DNA of 64,000 nt, taken from assembly GCF_009914755.1 (NCBI RefSeq), contig NC_060935.1. One strand, given 5' to 3'. A program made the translations under genes and the position numbers. Within the stretch, counting starts at the first letter, position 1; each line of letters starts with the position of its first letter. The DNA comes from the human T2T-CHM13v2.0 reference genome, Homo sapiens. The notes beneath the pieces were generated by a model. It did not search any database and was not told where the DNA came from. It saw only the letters and a list, made by a program, of their open reading frames with translations. Below, in pieces: positions 40,591 through 52,500 of the stretch.

Positions 40591-43415
40591 CTAAGTATTT
40601 CCCACAGAAAGACAAGCCTTTATTGCTTGGTTCCTGCAGTGTCCTTGGGCTACTTTTTCTTCTTTCCTGCCCTTGCAATTCCAGGTAAAGATTCAGAAGG
40701 TTCAGCAATCGAAGGTAAGATCCCAAGGGCAGCAGAGATGCTGGGGGTGGGGACAGTGGGGAGCCCTGCCCTTCAGTGAGCAGAGACAGCTACTGGCAGG
40801 GCTAGTCTCTGAGTCTGCAGATGTAGTGCTCTGATACTCCTAGCTCTCTTCCCCTCAGCAGAATTTTAGCCACAGTCTGTCTCCAATGTGCTGACCTGAG
40901 CTCCCTTGGCCTACAATTTCATTCCACTTATACCAGATTGCTCCAAATAAATCACTGTATCAGGGAGAGGTAAATTCACAGGGTGCTTTTCCAAAGAAGT
41001 GTTTCCATTAGAAATTTCACAAAGTGCTGCCAATGTCATTTACAAGAAGGTTAATTTATTACCAAGAGACCTCAATTCTTCATTGCTGTATTTATATCTT
41101 ATAATATAATTCAGAGGAAGGGGACATAAGGAGAGGTAGAGAAGGGGCTTATTAAAAACCAAAAATCACTCCTCAATCATTTTTCTTAGTGTCTTCAATG
41201 AAGTAGTGCAGGTTTTTACACAAATTATGGTATATAATGTCAGAGATTTTTCTCTCCGGATCTTTGCAAATGCACTCAGAGGCAAATACCCAATCAAAGT
41301 AAGAGAAATAAAGAAATAGCACAGGCCAGTGTTCTTTGGAAAATCATGAAGGACGCAATTTTGGTGACTCTTGGAAGATAGGAACTTAGGTGAAGTATCG
41401 AGGCATACCTAGAGAAAAAGAGGAATGGATTGTAGGGAAAGCAAATGAAAAACACCACTAGCATCATTGAACAAGTCCTTTGTCCTTCCTCACTCCCTCC
41501 TTCCCTCCCTCCTTTTTTTTTTTTTCTTCTGAAGTCACTAAGTTCAATCCCAGTAACCTCCCTTGACCACATAAATTCATGAGCTCTTGTTCCGGGTCTC
41601 ATCAGATAGACCTCTAGCTCTAATCATTTTATTCCCTTGCTCAAAAGCCTGCGATAGTGCCTAATACTTAAAGAATAAACTTTTTGCTTAGCGTGGCATT
41701 TAAGGCTCTCCTTGATAACTCATTTCTGCCCTTTAAGGCATCCTGGGCTCTAGTCAAACAGAACTGCTGGCTCCTTATAGCCAGCTCTTAATTTTCTGCC
41801 TACTGAACTTTCACTCATGCTGGTAGTACCTACTACCTGGAATAATTTCCTTAACACCTGCCCTCCCATTTTCCTTTTTTAAATGTAAAAATTTCACCCA
41901 TTCTTTAAGGTCCAAATTAAATGTCACTTCATCCAGAAAGCCCTCCTTGACCCATCCAGCTAGGCAAGTCCTCACCTTCCTTCAACCCTCATGGGTCTTT
42001 GACCAGTGACTCCAGGAGTGACTGTTCTTACTCTTTTCCTTGGCTTAGAGCTGTTTACCGTATAAATCTTTCATCTCCCTTAATCTGGACTATGAGCTAC
42101 TTTTGCCAGAAACCATGTCATACCTTCCCTGTATCCTCAGCTTGGGAAAGAGCAAGGATGCAATCCTTGCTGGATAATGGAAAGCAAAGAGGAAGGAAGG
42201 AAGGAGGAATAGAAGGAAGAAAGAAAACTAAATCTGTTTCTAATCCCTGGACATAAAGAACAGACTGATTTACAGCAACCACCTGGATACGAACAAAATG
42301 ACTCTTCTCTTCAATGAGCACCAGAGAGGCCAGAGCAAGTTTCTCGTAAAAATTCCCAGTCCCTACATTTTCTAACAGCAATTCTCATTTCTTTTCTCTA
42401 GGTTTCTAAATCCACTGCAGGGCACCTCTGTTATGCTCCAGCCTGGCTCACATTGCCACAATGTCAGGCTGATCTGTCCTCTATGCTTCAGCATCAGCCA
42501 AAATGAAAAGATAAGATGCTATCTGAAGAATGAAAACGAACTTGTTAGGTCTTGAGTTGCAAGCAATGCATACAAAGGTATTTTTACTTTTAAAGTTTTA
42601 GATGTGAGACTTTCCTCATGGTCTTCTTAATGACTTCTCAAGAAAACTTCTTGGGTTGATGTAATATGGTTATTAATAATGGAAGGCAAGGGGGAAATTA
42701 CATTCCATATAATACAAATGGAAAAAATATTTAATAGTAACCGTGACAAATAGTGAGAGACTGTGGTATTGTGGGGACCTTAACTTTGGGCTAGTCAACC
42801 AAGCTTTCTGAGCCTTGATTTCTTCATCTGTAAAGTTGAGGTCAACATATCTATTGTCTAAACTTCTTGTGAGGATTAAATAACATAAAAAAGAGAGCTA
42901 AGCATGGTCCTCAACACACAATAGGTGTTCTGTAAATATTTGCTGAATGAATGAATGAATGAATAGATGGAAAAGAGAAGTAAGTGATACCAAAAACGGG
43001 GGTTTGATGCTGGGAAGAAGGCAAATTGCTAAAGGAGGAGGATCATAAGCTTTGGAGTCAGACAGACGCAAATTCATGTCCTAACTTTTCTTTTAACAAC
43101 CCTGAACCTTAATTTACTCATCTGCAATAGGGAGGTGATAATAAAAATAAGAATAATCATCTCATGGAATTACTGCAAGTCTTAAAGAATGTATGTGAAA
43201 ACCCTTTGCAAACTGCAATGAGTGAATTATAGTTCAGCTAGTGATATACATTCTCCTCCTTTATTCAACATTCTGGGGTCAGCTAGGCAGCCCACCTCGG
43301 CCCAGCCAGGACCAGGGTCAGTACCCTCAGATTCTGGATCTCCACCTGCAGGGAAAGCCTGTTGTTTCTGAAAAAAGCTTCCATGTTTTATTCTAAAACT
43401 TGCTTGGTTTCAGTG

Positions 43416-43418
<3 letters not shown>

Positions 43419-43447
<29 letters not shown>
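43419..43447. repeat. (TG)14 microsatellite
   Basis: Seen directly. Confidence 0.95.
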
Positions 43448-43451
<4 letters not shown>

Positions 43452-44329
43452 GCATCTAGTTCACTGGGAGCTCTGTCAACATCAGGTCTCTGTGCGTATA
43501 TATTTGTGTGTACGGTTTGTAAAGTGCTTTTAGATTTTTTAAAGGCAAAAGTTAAACTCATTTCATTTAAAATCATCAGCTGGATTGCATTAAATGGAGG
43601 AGAAAGCAAAAACATACACAATATAGCCATTTGTGAAACACAATTATTTCTCCTGTTACTTAATTACAAACAGACATAAATACTCTGGATTCTGACATCT
43701 CAGATCTTCTTAAATTCTAGATCTGCATTTTGACATATAATGAAGGAAGGGTCAGATTCCAATTTGTGTGTTAAGCAAACCCGAGAGTTACAATTATATA
43801 TTGGGGCCATAATGACTTCACTAAAACAAGACCTAAACTTTTAATTAACCTGCCAAGACAAATTACTACTCATAGCTCACAAGTAATGATCACAGACAGC
43901 TGAGACTCAATGCCAGGGACTCTTGGGGAAAGCGGGATTAATAGCAACATCAGAATCAGTCTGTTTTTGTATTAGAGAAAAAAACAGTATTCATTAAACC
44001 ATCACTGTAGCTTGAAGGGACACAGACAGGTCAGAAAGGCAGCAAGAGAAAGGTGGAAGGAGAAAGAGGATGGGAGAGAATATTAAAACAGCTTCCATTT
44101 ATTGAGTGCTTGTGGTAGCCCAGAGCCTGTGCTAAGCACTTTCTATTTCTCTGTTTAATTTTCACGATGGGGATTGCAAAGTACTATTGTTCCATTTTCC
44201 AAACAAGAAGAATGAGGCTCAGAGAGGTGGCATGACTGTCTCTGATCACAGAGCTAACATGTGACAGTGGGGAAGGAAGGAATGGAAAGTAGTTCTCATA
44301 AGGCGTCTGTCTTCAAAGCTTCCTTGACA

Positions 44330-44635
44330 GAACACCAGAATCAGGATCCCCTGGGCTTCACCGCAGGCCTACTGAGTCATATTTTCTGGAGAAAAGGCCC
44401 AGGAATATGAATGTTCCCCTGGCTTCCCAGGTGATTCTTTTATTCAACAGTATTTGAGAACCATCTGTAAAGTACTATGTCTAACCCCTTGCCACTTAAA
44501 ATGTGGTCCACAGCAGCTTCAGTATCACTGGGTGATGGTTGGAAATGCTGAATCTAAGGTCCACCCAGACCTGCTGAAGCAGAATCTGCATTTTATCAAG
44601 ATCCTCAGGTGGTTCACTCAAGTCTGAGAAGCACG
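44330..44635. mobile_element. Two adjacent MER5-type hAT fragments
   Basis: ggcccaggaat...cccaggtgattct...tttgagaacca and cccagacctgctgaagcagaatctgcatttt...aagtctgagaagcac. Confidence 0.6.
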
Positions 44636-45763
44636 GTATGACCTATTGGCCCTAAAATACAGGGTTAAGAGGAAGTGAAGACAGGTGTCCACATTTAGGT
44701 GAGAATGGCAGAACCAAAGGGAAAAGAAGACCGTCTCCCTAATTATGAGAAGACAGGTTAGCAAGCTCTGACAAGCCAAGGGTTGGCAAAGATGCCTCAC
44801 TGTGCCTATGGTTTATTCCTCTAAGATGTGTATCCTAATTAAAAGTGGCTTTCTTCTGGGGTTTAATTAATATCCTTTCATATTTATGCTAAGTTATTAA
44901 AAATAAGGAATTCTGATTGTAAAAGCACTTAGTTTTGAACAAGCACTACTCTATGCTTCTCTGTAAACCACGCTTAAGGGAAATCAGGCCACGAGACCAT
45001 GAAGCTGTAACTCAAGCACCACCACGACTTGATGATCATGTCCCTAAACTGTCGTCATCCTATCCGGAGAGAAAAAAGAATCAGGGCCTGTAGCCTCCCA
45101 AACCCTGCCAAGTGACAGCCTAACAAGATGACGGCCAGACTGGGGCCTCTGATGACAGGGAACAGGCTATACTGTTAGCCTTAATGTCACCAGTGACTCT
45201 GAGCTGCAGCCTCAAATACCAGAATCCTGAAAAACTAAGAGCTGGGAACCCCAAGTGATTTGTGCAAGGTCAAAACCCAAGTTTGTGCTGGAGACTGAAA
45301 ATGGAGCACAATCCCTGCCACAGTTCACAAGAAGGTATCCAGGGAGGAAACCAACAGCACCACAACTGCCTGGCAGTTGCTGCCGCCAATCCTGCCAGGG
45401 GAGTTCGTTCCCTCATTCACTGCACGACACTGCACCCCACTGGGCTGGGTGCCAGGAGGCAGACAAGATCCTGTCAAAGCCCCTGCCCTCTAGGCATTCG
45501 GAGTCCAGCGGCTCAGACAGACATCTCTAAAACAAGGACTGTACAAAGTGATAATTTCTACATCAGAGCTAGTTGCCTGAAAGCCTCCACCTCCTTCATT
45601 TTGCCAAGAGGTGAAATATTGAGCCTGTATTTAGAGCAGAAGCTTTTCAGCCACACCCTGTATTTAATGGGAAGATACTTTCTGTCTCAACACAAAGGGC
45701 AAATTTCAAGTAAGCAGGAAATGGACTGAAAATGACTCCTGTTGTTTAGAAGTAAGAACCAGG

Positions 45764-46052
45764 GGCTGGGCATGGTGGCTCATGCCTGTAACCTCAGCAT
45801 TTGGGGAAGTCAAAGTGGGCGGCTCACTTGAGCCCAAGAGTTTGACCAGCCTAGGCAATGTGGTGAAACCTCATCTCTACAAAACATACAAAAATTAGCT
45901 GGGCATGGTGGTGTGTGCCTGTGGTCCCAGCTATTCGGGAGGCCAAGGCAGGAGGATCACCCGAGCCCAGGAGTTCAAGGTTGCAGTGAGCCGTGATTGA
46001 GTCACTGCACTCCGGCCCAGGCAACAGAGTGAGACCTGGTCTAAAAAACAAA
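45764..46052 (+). mobile_element. AluJ
   Basis: Perfect TSD aagtaagaaccagg at 45750-45763 and 46053-46066. Confidence 0.94.
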
Positions 46053-46107
46053 AAGTAAGAACCAGGGTCTTGTAAGAGTTTTGGAAACCTAGTACCAGAT
46101 TCAGAGA

Positions 46108-46416
46108 TTTTTTGGGGTTTGTTTGTTTGAGACAGTGTCTCAGTCTGTCACCCAGGCTGGAGTGCAGTAGTATGATCATAGCCCACTGCAACCTCAATCT
46201 CCTGGGCTCAAGGGATCCTCCCACCTCAGCCTCCTGAGCAGCTGGGACCGCAGGCATGCACCATCGCACCTGGATACTTTTAATATTATTTTTTTTTGTA
46301 GAAATGAGGATCTTGCTATGTTGCCCAGGCAGGTCTTGAACTCCTGGTCTCAAGCAATCCTCCTGCTTCTGCCTCCCAAAGTGCTGAGATTATAGTATGA
46401 GCCACCACACCTAGCC
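46108..46416 (-). mobile_element. AluJ
   Basis: Reversed body with J features (ctcctgggctcaag, tatgttgcccagg); flanking gattcaga duplication. Confidence 0.93.
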
Positions 46417-47467
46417 TGGATTCAGAAACTTTTATCAAACTCCATTTTTCCATGTCAGAGAGATTCCTAGCCAACGACTGAGACAGAGTTTTCAGGTGAA
46501 CTCCAGACCACATAGAACTGTTGATTAAGCAGAAACCCCATTCCCAGGTGTTCTGTTTAATGGAGTTATATTCTTCCATAACTTTTATTTTCCTGTAGGG
46601 AATTTTTATCTCCAGACTATGTCATAGTGCTTCTAATATAAACTCAGAAAAAAATGTTTTCTGACCCGAACTGCCAAGACCACTGTGTCCTGCAGCACAT
46701 TAGGGCAGTCTAAGAAACAGACACATTCTGTGCAATGTATTGGTAAAGAAGAGAAACTCTTTAAATAGGGTGCCAGGCTTCCCAGACACCTACAGGCTTC
46801 TGAGCTGGCCCAGGGGCTCAGGGTGAACTGGGAGCTGAGGCCCTCTTCCACTGCGAGGGAGAGTGAAGGTGTTAAGCACTCATTTATTTCGCACATCAGG
46901 GCCCACTCTTTGTCAGAGATTAGGACATCTCTATTCTCAACAAAACCCCAGTCTGACTGATGGCATGGTTCATCCAGCCTTTTGCACTGCTGTTCTTACT
47001 CTCTCTTCAAGCCTGTATCCTCTTTTCTCATTGGCCAGGGGTTGTTGGCTCCAAAACAAAAAAGAATGAAGACCAAAACAAAACCCAAACCACAAATCAG
47101 TGAGGTGAACCAAGTGAGACTCTAAAGACAAATACGTGGGAGAGAAGTGCCAAGAAGAGAGATGTTGCCTCTGTGTGGCTTGTCCAGGATTCCTGTCTCA
47201 CAATTCCACTCCCACCTTGAAATGCACTGCACACCAACCACAGACAGCAGGAGAGAAGCAGCGGGCAACAGCCCTGGGCTCAGAAGCCAGCTCAGAATGG
47301 CGGGCGATTCCCTGTGTAGCAGGCCCAGTCAGGAGGGTCTCGTGCCAAGCTCCAGGGCCATCCACAGCTCTGACATCCCCTTGTCAGTGTCAGTCCCAGA
47401 ATCTCCATGCAGCCTCCGACCAAAAGAGACAATATCCCACAGCCCCCAGAGGGTGTGGCTCCCTTAC

Positions 47468-47678
47468 CAATGGCAGTGGTGAGAAAGGAAACCACTTCTG
47501 ACTCCTTTCCGTCATTGTAAAAAGCCAAGTGCCAGATTCCTGAATCCAAATACTGGATGAAGCCTGTCTCATGGCTGGAGGGGGGCACAGTTCCCCGAGA
47601 CTGGCGCGGGGTCCCCTCTAGGCTCCGCGCCTCCTGGGTTAGGAGCCTCCTGCCATCCAGCAGCTCCACAAAGTCAAA
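47468..47678 (-). CDS. TENM4: TENM4 internal coding exon (211 nt, phase 0-1): [70 protein letters not shown]
   Basis: Acceptor ctctgtctttcAG|TTT and donor ATT G|GTAAGG; within ORF 47292..47924; teneurin [15 protein letters not shown] motif. Confidence 0.96.
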
Positions 47679-48416
47679 CTGAAAGACAGAGAAAGCACAG
47701 TTAGCAGTGGGTCTGTTCCACCACGCACCAGCGTCCTTCCCAGGGCTTCTCCTGGAGAGGACATTGGGAAACACAAATAGAGGCAAAAAGGGCCCAAAGA
47801 GGCTAAGGGTGCAGGAAGGTTGATCAATCAACTCAACTCTTCCCCAGACCCATTTTTTCATGGTGATATTCTCCCGGTTCTCCTGTGAGTGAGGCATAAT
47901 TAGAGGATTATTTTTTAGTCTCATTTTGTTTTAGTTCTTTTTGTACTGGTGGGTGAATCTTCCCCTGGCTGAGTCTGTACCAGGACAACCATGCTTTTTT
48001 GCAATGCCGGGTGTGTGGTTAGAAACACAGCCACTTTACAATTGGTTGAACTTCATGCAAGTCCTGACAAGAATCTTGGGGGGTGGTGGAGGGGAGCAGA
48101 GGCGGGTGGCTGGGACTGGGATTGGAGCATTGGATGTGATTGGAACATCAGTCATGTGCAAATGAAAATTTGATTTATGTCTATTTTCCTTTGGTCAATG
48201 GTTCTTTCTGAATGTTCTAGTTTCAGGGAGCAAATTTAGGGGAACTCAACTGGATTAGCTCAAAACTCTATCAATAATTACATGCTGTGTCAAATACAAT
48301 TGCCAATTGATCGGAGACTGCTTGTGTGAGACTCCAGAAAAGTCAGTTACACTGTGTTAACAACAAGTAGGTGGTTAAGTCCTACTGGCCTATTAGCAAG
48401 CAAATTGGGTAGTTAT

Positions 48417-48438
48417 CTAGCTAGCTAGCTAGCTAGCT
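48417..48438. repeat. (CTAG)5 self-complementary microsatellite
   Basis: ctagctagctagctagctagct seen directly. Confidence 0.9.
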
Positions 48439-48839
48439 TTAAAAACCAAACAAGATATTTATTCAATTTCATGAAAAACTGTCTGGAGATATGCAGGCCA
48501 GGACTAGCATACCAGTCTGCAGTCAACAGGGTCTCAAGGCTCTTCTCCTGTGATTCCTTCTTTAGCAAACATATCTGTCTTTTAGCTAAAAATCTTAAAT
48601 AACTACTAGGGCTAGGAAGGCTGCATTTGGCCTAGGAATGCCTGATGAATGCCTATGATTTACATTACTCCAATTCCAGGGCTGGCAGGACCTTGCACAA
48701 GTGTCTGTTCTTCATTAATCATGATTGGTAATATGTCAGTCATCCTGGACAAGGTTTTTTCAGTGTTTCTGGTGTGCATGTGTTTGAGTCAATGTGTAAC
48801 CCTGAAGGAGAGAAGGAATAAGAAAGACTAGGGAAGAAT

Positions 48840-49050
48840 CATTTATTCTGAGCCAGGTCCTGCACTAGCTGCCTTATAAATGTTATTCTTCTTTCTTCAC
48901 AACAGCCCTGCCAAGTGGGTATTGTTACCGGCATCTTATAGATGAGGAAACTTGCTCTGAGAAGCTAAGTGATGGAGCCAAGGTTACAATGCTGATAACA
49001 AGAGGATTCAAACTCAGATCTGTCTGATTCTAAACTGCATGCTTTTTTCT
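48840..49050 (-). mobile_element. MIR
   Basis: cttcacaacagccct...tatagatgaggaaact...ggattcaaactcagatctgtctgattc. Confidence 0.7.
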
Positions 49051-49328
49051 CTAGATCACATTTCCTGGATAATTTAACTTAGGAGACTGAGTAATAGCAG
49101 AAAGGCTGTTAAGAGATTTCCTAGAATTCTTTCCTCCTAGAAAGCCCCAGTGATATAACCTTACTCATCTGAAAGGGTGGGTCTGAGAGGGACTACATGA
49201 ATGAATGGGCTATAAAATATATAAATGTCCCTTCAGGCTTAAGGCTCTGGATTGGGCTTCTTAACTTTGGGTTAAGATTTGAGGTAGGAGCCCATGCAGA
49301 TCAACAGGGTATGTGGGGTTCTGGTTAC

Positions 49329-49543
49329 CTGTGTATGTGAAGGAGGGAGGCCTTTTCTGCCATAAATGCCAACCAGGGCTGCCTTTCCCAGAGACACATT
49401 GAATTTCAGATGCACAGGATGGTCTATGAACACTTGAGATCTCCAGAAAGTGCCAGGAGGAATCTTCTGGGAAGCTCGCCTTCCCACATCAATTTCTCCA
49501 GAATCTATGAAACTGTCCTCTGGAAAGAAACTACTGGGCTTTC
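49329..49543 (-). CDS. TENM4: TENM4 internal coding exon (215 nt, phase 1-0): [72 protein letters not shown]
   Basis: Acceptor tccctctatcttggtAG|GA AAG and donor CAG|GTAACC; matches ORF 49272..49622; conserved teneurin IPPGxFWRSQ and [12 protein letters not shown] motifs. Confidence 0.96.
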
Positions 49544-52500
49544 CTACCAAGATAGAGGGAAGGGAAGACAAAGACATCTCGGTTAGCCACATGGGAAACG
49601 AGAAACCAGGGCATCTGAACACCCGGGACTCTCCTTAGCCTCACATCCTTCTCTATAATGTTCTGCTGTCAGCTTCCTCCCCACCCCGGCCCTCCCCACA
49701 TGGAGGAGTAAAAAGGTCCAGAACTTTTTTTTCCCCCCAGCGATGCTCAAATTATTCTGCTAAAAATATGCATTCTTCCAAAGCAGTATGGGTCCTCCCC
49801 AAGGGCCATCTGTTTACTGCATAATTCCACAGCTTGTTAAGATATATTTTGATCCTAAAAATAATCATTTGTGGTCACATGAAAATAGCTCTGTGATTTG
49901 GTGTGTTAAGGGGCTCACGGTAAAATAGAAAGGATGGGGGAACAAAGTGTTATTAATTTTCCAACTCAGAATGAGTCCCCCAGCAGTGGGAAGCATGACT
50001 TGATGGAGTAAGGTATTTAAAAAGCTCACTAATTTGTGTATACATTGGAAGCCAAATTCTGAGGCTGATATGTGGATGGGGGGTTGTGCTTAGGGCAGGG
50101 TTAGGGGCTGGGGAAGATGAGGAAAAGGTACTTCTGAAAAGAGGAAATATTTCTGCAAAATGTTCCTTTGTCTTTGGATGAGGGTAAATATAATATCTGT
50201 GCTAAAATGGGTCAAGCTGAGGGAATTTCCCAAGTTCACACACCAAGCCTATGCCATACCTGGAAATTCCACCCAGGCTCCCAACCCTGTGCTAAGCATC
50301 CATGCAGGGTGTCATGAGTAAAGTCTCTCGGCCATTTCTATACTGATTAGGAGGGTGACAGCTCTCTGGGGGCACCACAAATGCAAGCAAGGAAGGCAGC
50401 TTATCAAACTCCTTCTATTTAGTAATTAAGCACACTCATATGTGAAAATTCAAACCCTAACTTCCTGCCAGACATCAGCCTCCTGAAGAGTTGAGAAGGA
50501 ACAGGAGAGACTCTAGGGATGTTAGGAAGACCACCCTTAGCACAGTGAAAGACCAGCATCAAGTCAACAGGCTGTATTTTATTTGTTGTTATGAAGGACT
50601 TCCTGGGTATCCTGGTTCCAAGCGGTTTTTTTGTGATGTTAGAGATGTTCGAAGAGACACTTCAGAGAACAAGAATTCATTTGTAAAGAAAACACACTTT
50701 GGAACTTTTTGTAAACAGCATTTGGGGAATAGGAAATTAAAATGTCTTTCTTTCCCCCTAGCTTTGTAAGACTCCTTACAAAGCACATTTGATGCTGAAA
50801 TGAAGCCTGGCAGGGCATTGTTGTAGTCATAAAACATTTTACTGTTTTAAATAATAAAATTCAATTTAAATGTTAAACTTCTCCATATGTTATCACTCCC
50901 TTATAAACTCCTAGGCAGAAACATCAGGTTTTTAGCTTCAAACTGTTAAATGTTATTTTAATTAAAAATATGCCAACAAAAAAGTTAAAATGTGCACTAT
51001 CAATAAAAGTACCACTAGTATTCTGTCATTAGCATGGGAAAGAGTTTGCTTTTTAATTCCTTTATGGAAGGAATGTACTTCAGACATCAAATATAGATAC
51101 AAAAACCACCACGCTGTGATTCACAAAGTTCAAAGACAGAACCCAAATTCACAATGCATTGAGATGGAAGAGAATTATTTACATTCTTTCTTATCTGATT
51201 TTTGGGTTCCCAATACCACAGCCATTCTATATTCCAGGAGGAAATAGTCTGCCATCAGCTTTTAATTTTGCTAGGGAGGCAGAACTAAGAGGGAGAATGA
51301 AACAAAGCAGATGCCTTCTGAGCTTTTTCCTCCTAGAAACTGAAAAGAAATAAGCACAACACTGCTAGTTCCAAGGATGCGTTTCCTTTGTGAGTAGGTG
51401 GCAGTCTGAGCTGATGGGATTTGAGAATTGTCTGAATTCAAATAATTCCCATGTCTGAAAATAAATACTGGAAAACTGCTCCCCCATTTTAGCATGCTGC
51501 TGGAGAACCCTGCACAGTTCATTTTCTCCCTCAATGAGCGTATTTTTAGGAGACAGTGACTGTATCAGCTAGGTTTTGCAGCCTTATAAGTCAGAGGTCT
51601 GCAGGCCTCAGGCATAAATAAGTTGGCTCTTACCCCAGAGGAGGTGACAAAAGGGGACTTTTCTAGCACTTTAGTATTTCACCTAGATGGGCTGGATGGG
51701 AGGGAGAAATTGTCGAGTGTGTATATGCTGAAAAAAAAAAGTGAACTCTGCTCTGGGGCATATCCTCTATCAGGACCTTGAGGGCCTCTGGTCACCAGTG
51801 GTCTCCAAATCCCACCACAGGGACAGGCTGGGAGCTGTTGAGGGGGAAATGCTAACAGCCTGCTGATCACCTTTACCTGAGGGGAAAGAGTCATGACATG
51901 GGCTGGGCTGAGGGTTGGGAAAGTGAAATGCCTTCCTTCTGTCTTGCTTGTTAAAAATCCTTATTGCCTTACACTTTCTAGATGCTATAAGACTTTTTGT
52001 CCTTAATTCTGAGCACAAAGCTGTGAGCACTAGGATATAAAATATCCTCCACCATGAAGCAAAAGCCACCAGTGGTGGAATCATAAGGGAGAGGAGAGGC
52101 TAGAGGCAATTGGAGGCAAAAAGTCTTGTGTATACAATTCTTCTTATCCCTACCTACACTCTGGAAGATAAAAATAGTAATAGATTTTAATGGTGGAAAT
52201 AGCAATAAAGGTAGAGGTATTAGTATTACTAGTCATATTGGCTTCCACTTGATGAGCTCCAAGCACAGTGGCAGGTACCTTCCTGTGTATCAGTTCAGTT
52301 AATTAACATCTGTATATGGAGGCTCAGAAAGCTTAAGAAACCATTTTGGGATCCATCTTTATTTATTAAAATATGGCTTCTGAAGGGATCAAATTGATGA
52401 ATGATTAATTAAAACACTACAAAGACATTCTCAGTGGTGGTGGGGTGCATTGACCTTCTTAAAGATCAAGAGTCCGATAGGATTCACAGCCCCAGCAGGC

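Noticed and set aside
45255-45729. 155-aa and 91-aa + strand ORFs
   Set aside because: No recognisable domain, non-ATG starts, and lengths expected by chance.
47292-47924. 210-aa ORF as a standalone gene
   Set aside because: Only 47468-47678 is teneurin-like; the flanks are open intronic sequence beyond clear splice sites.
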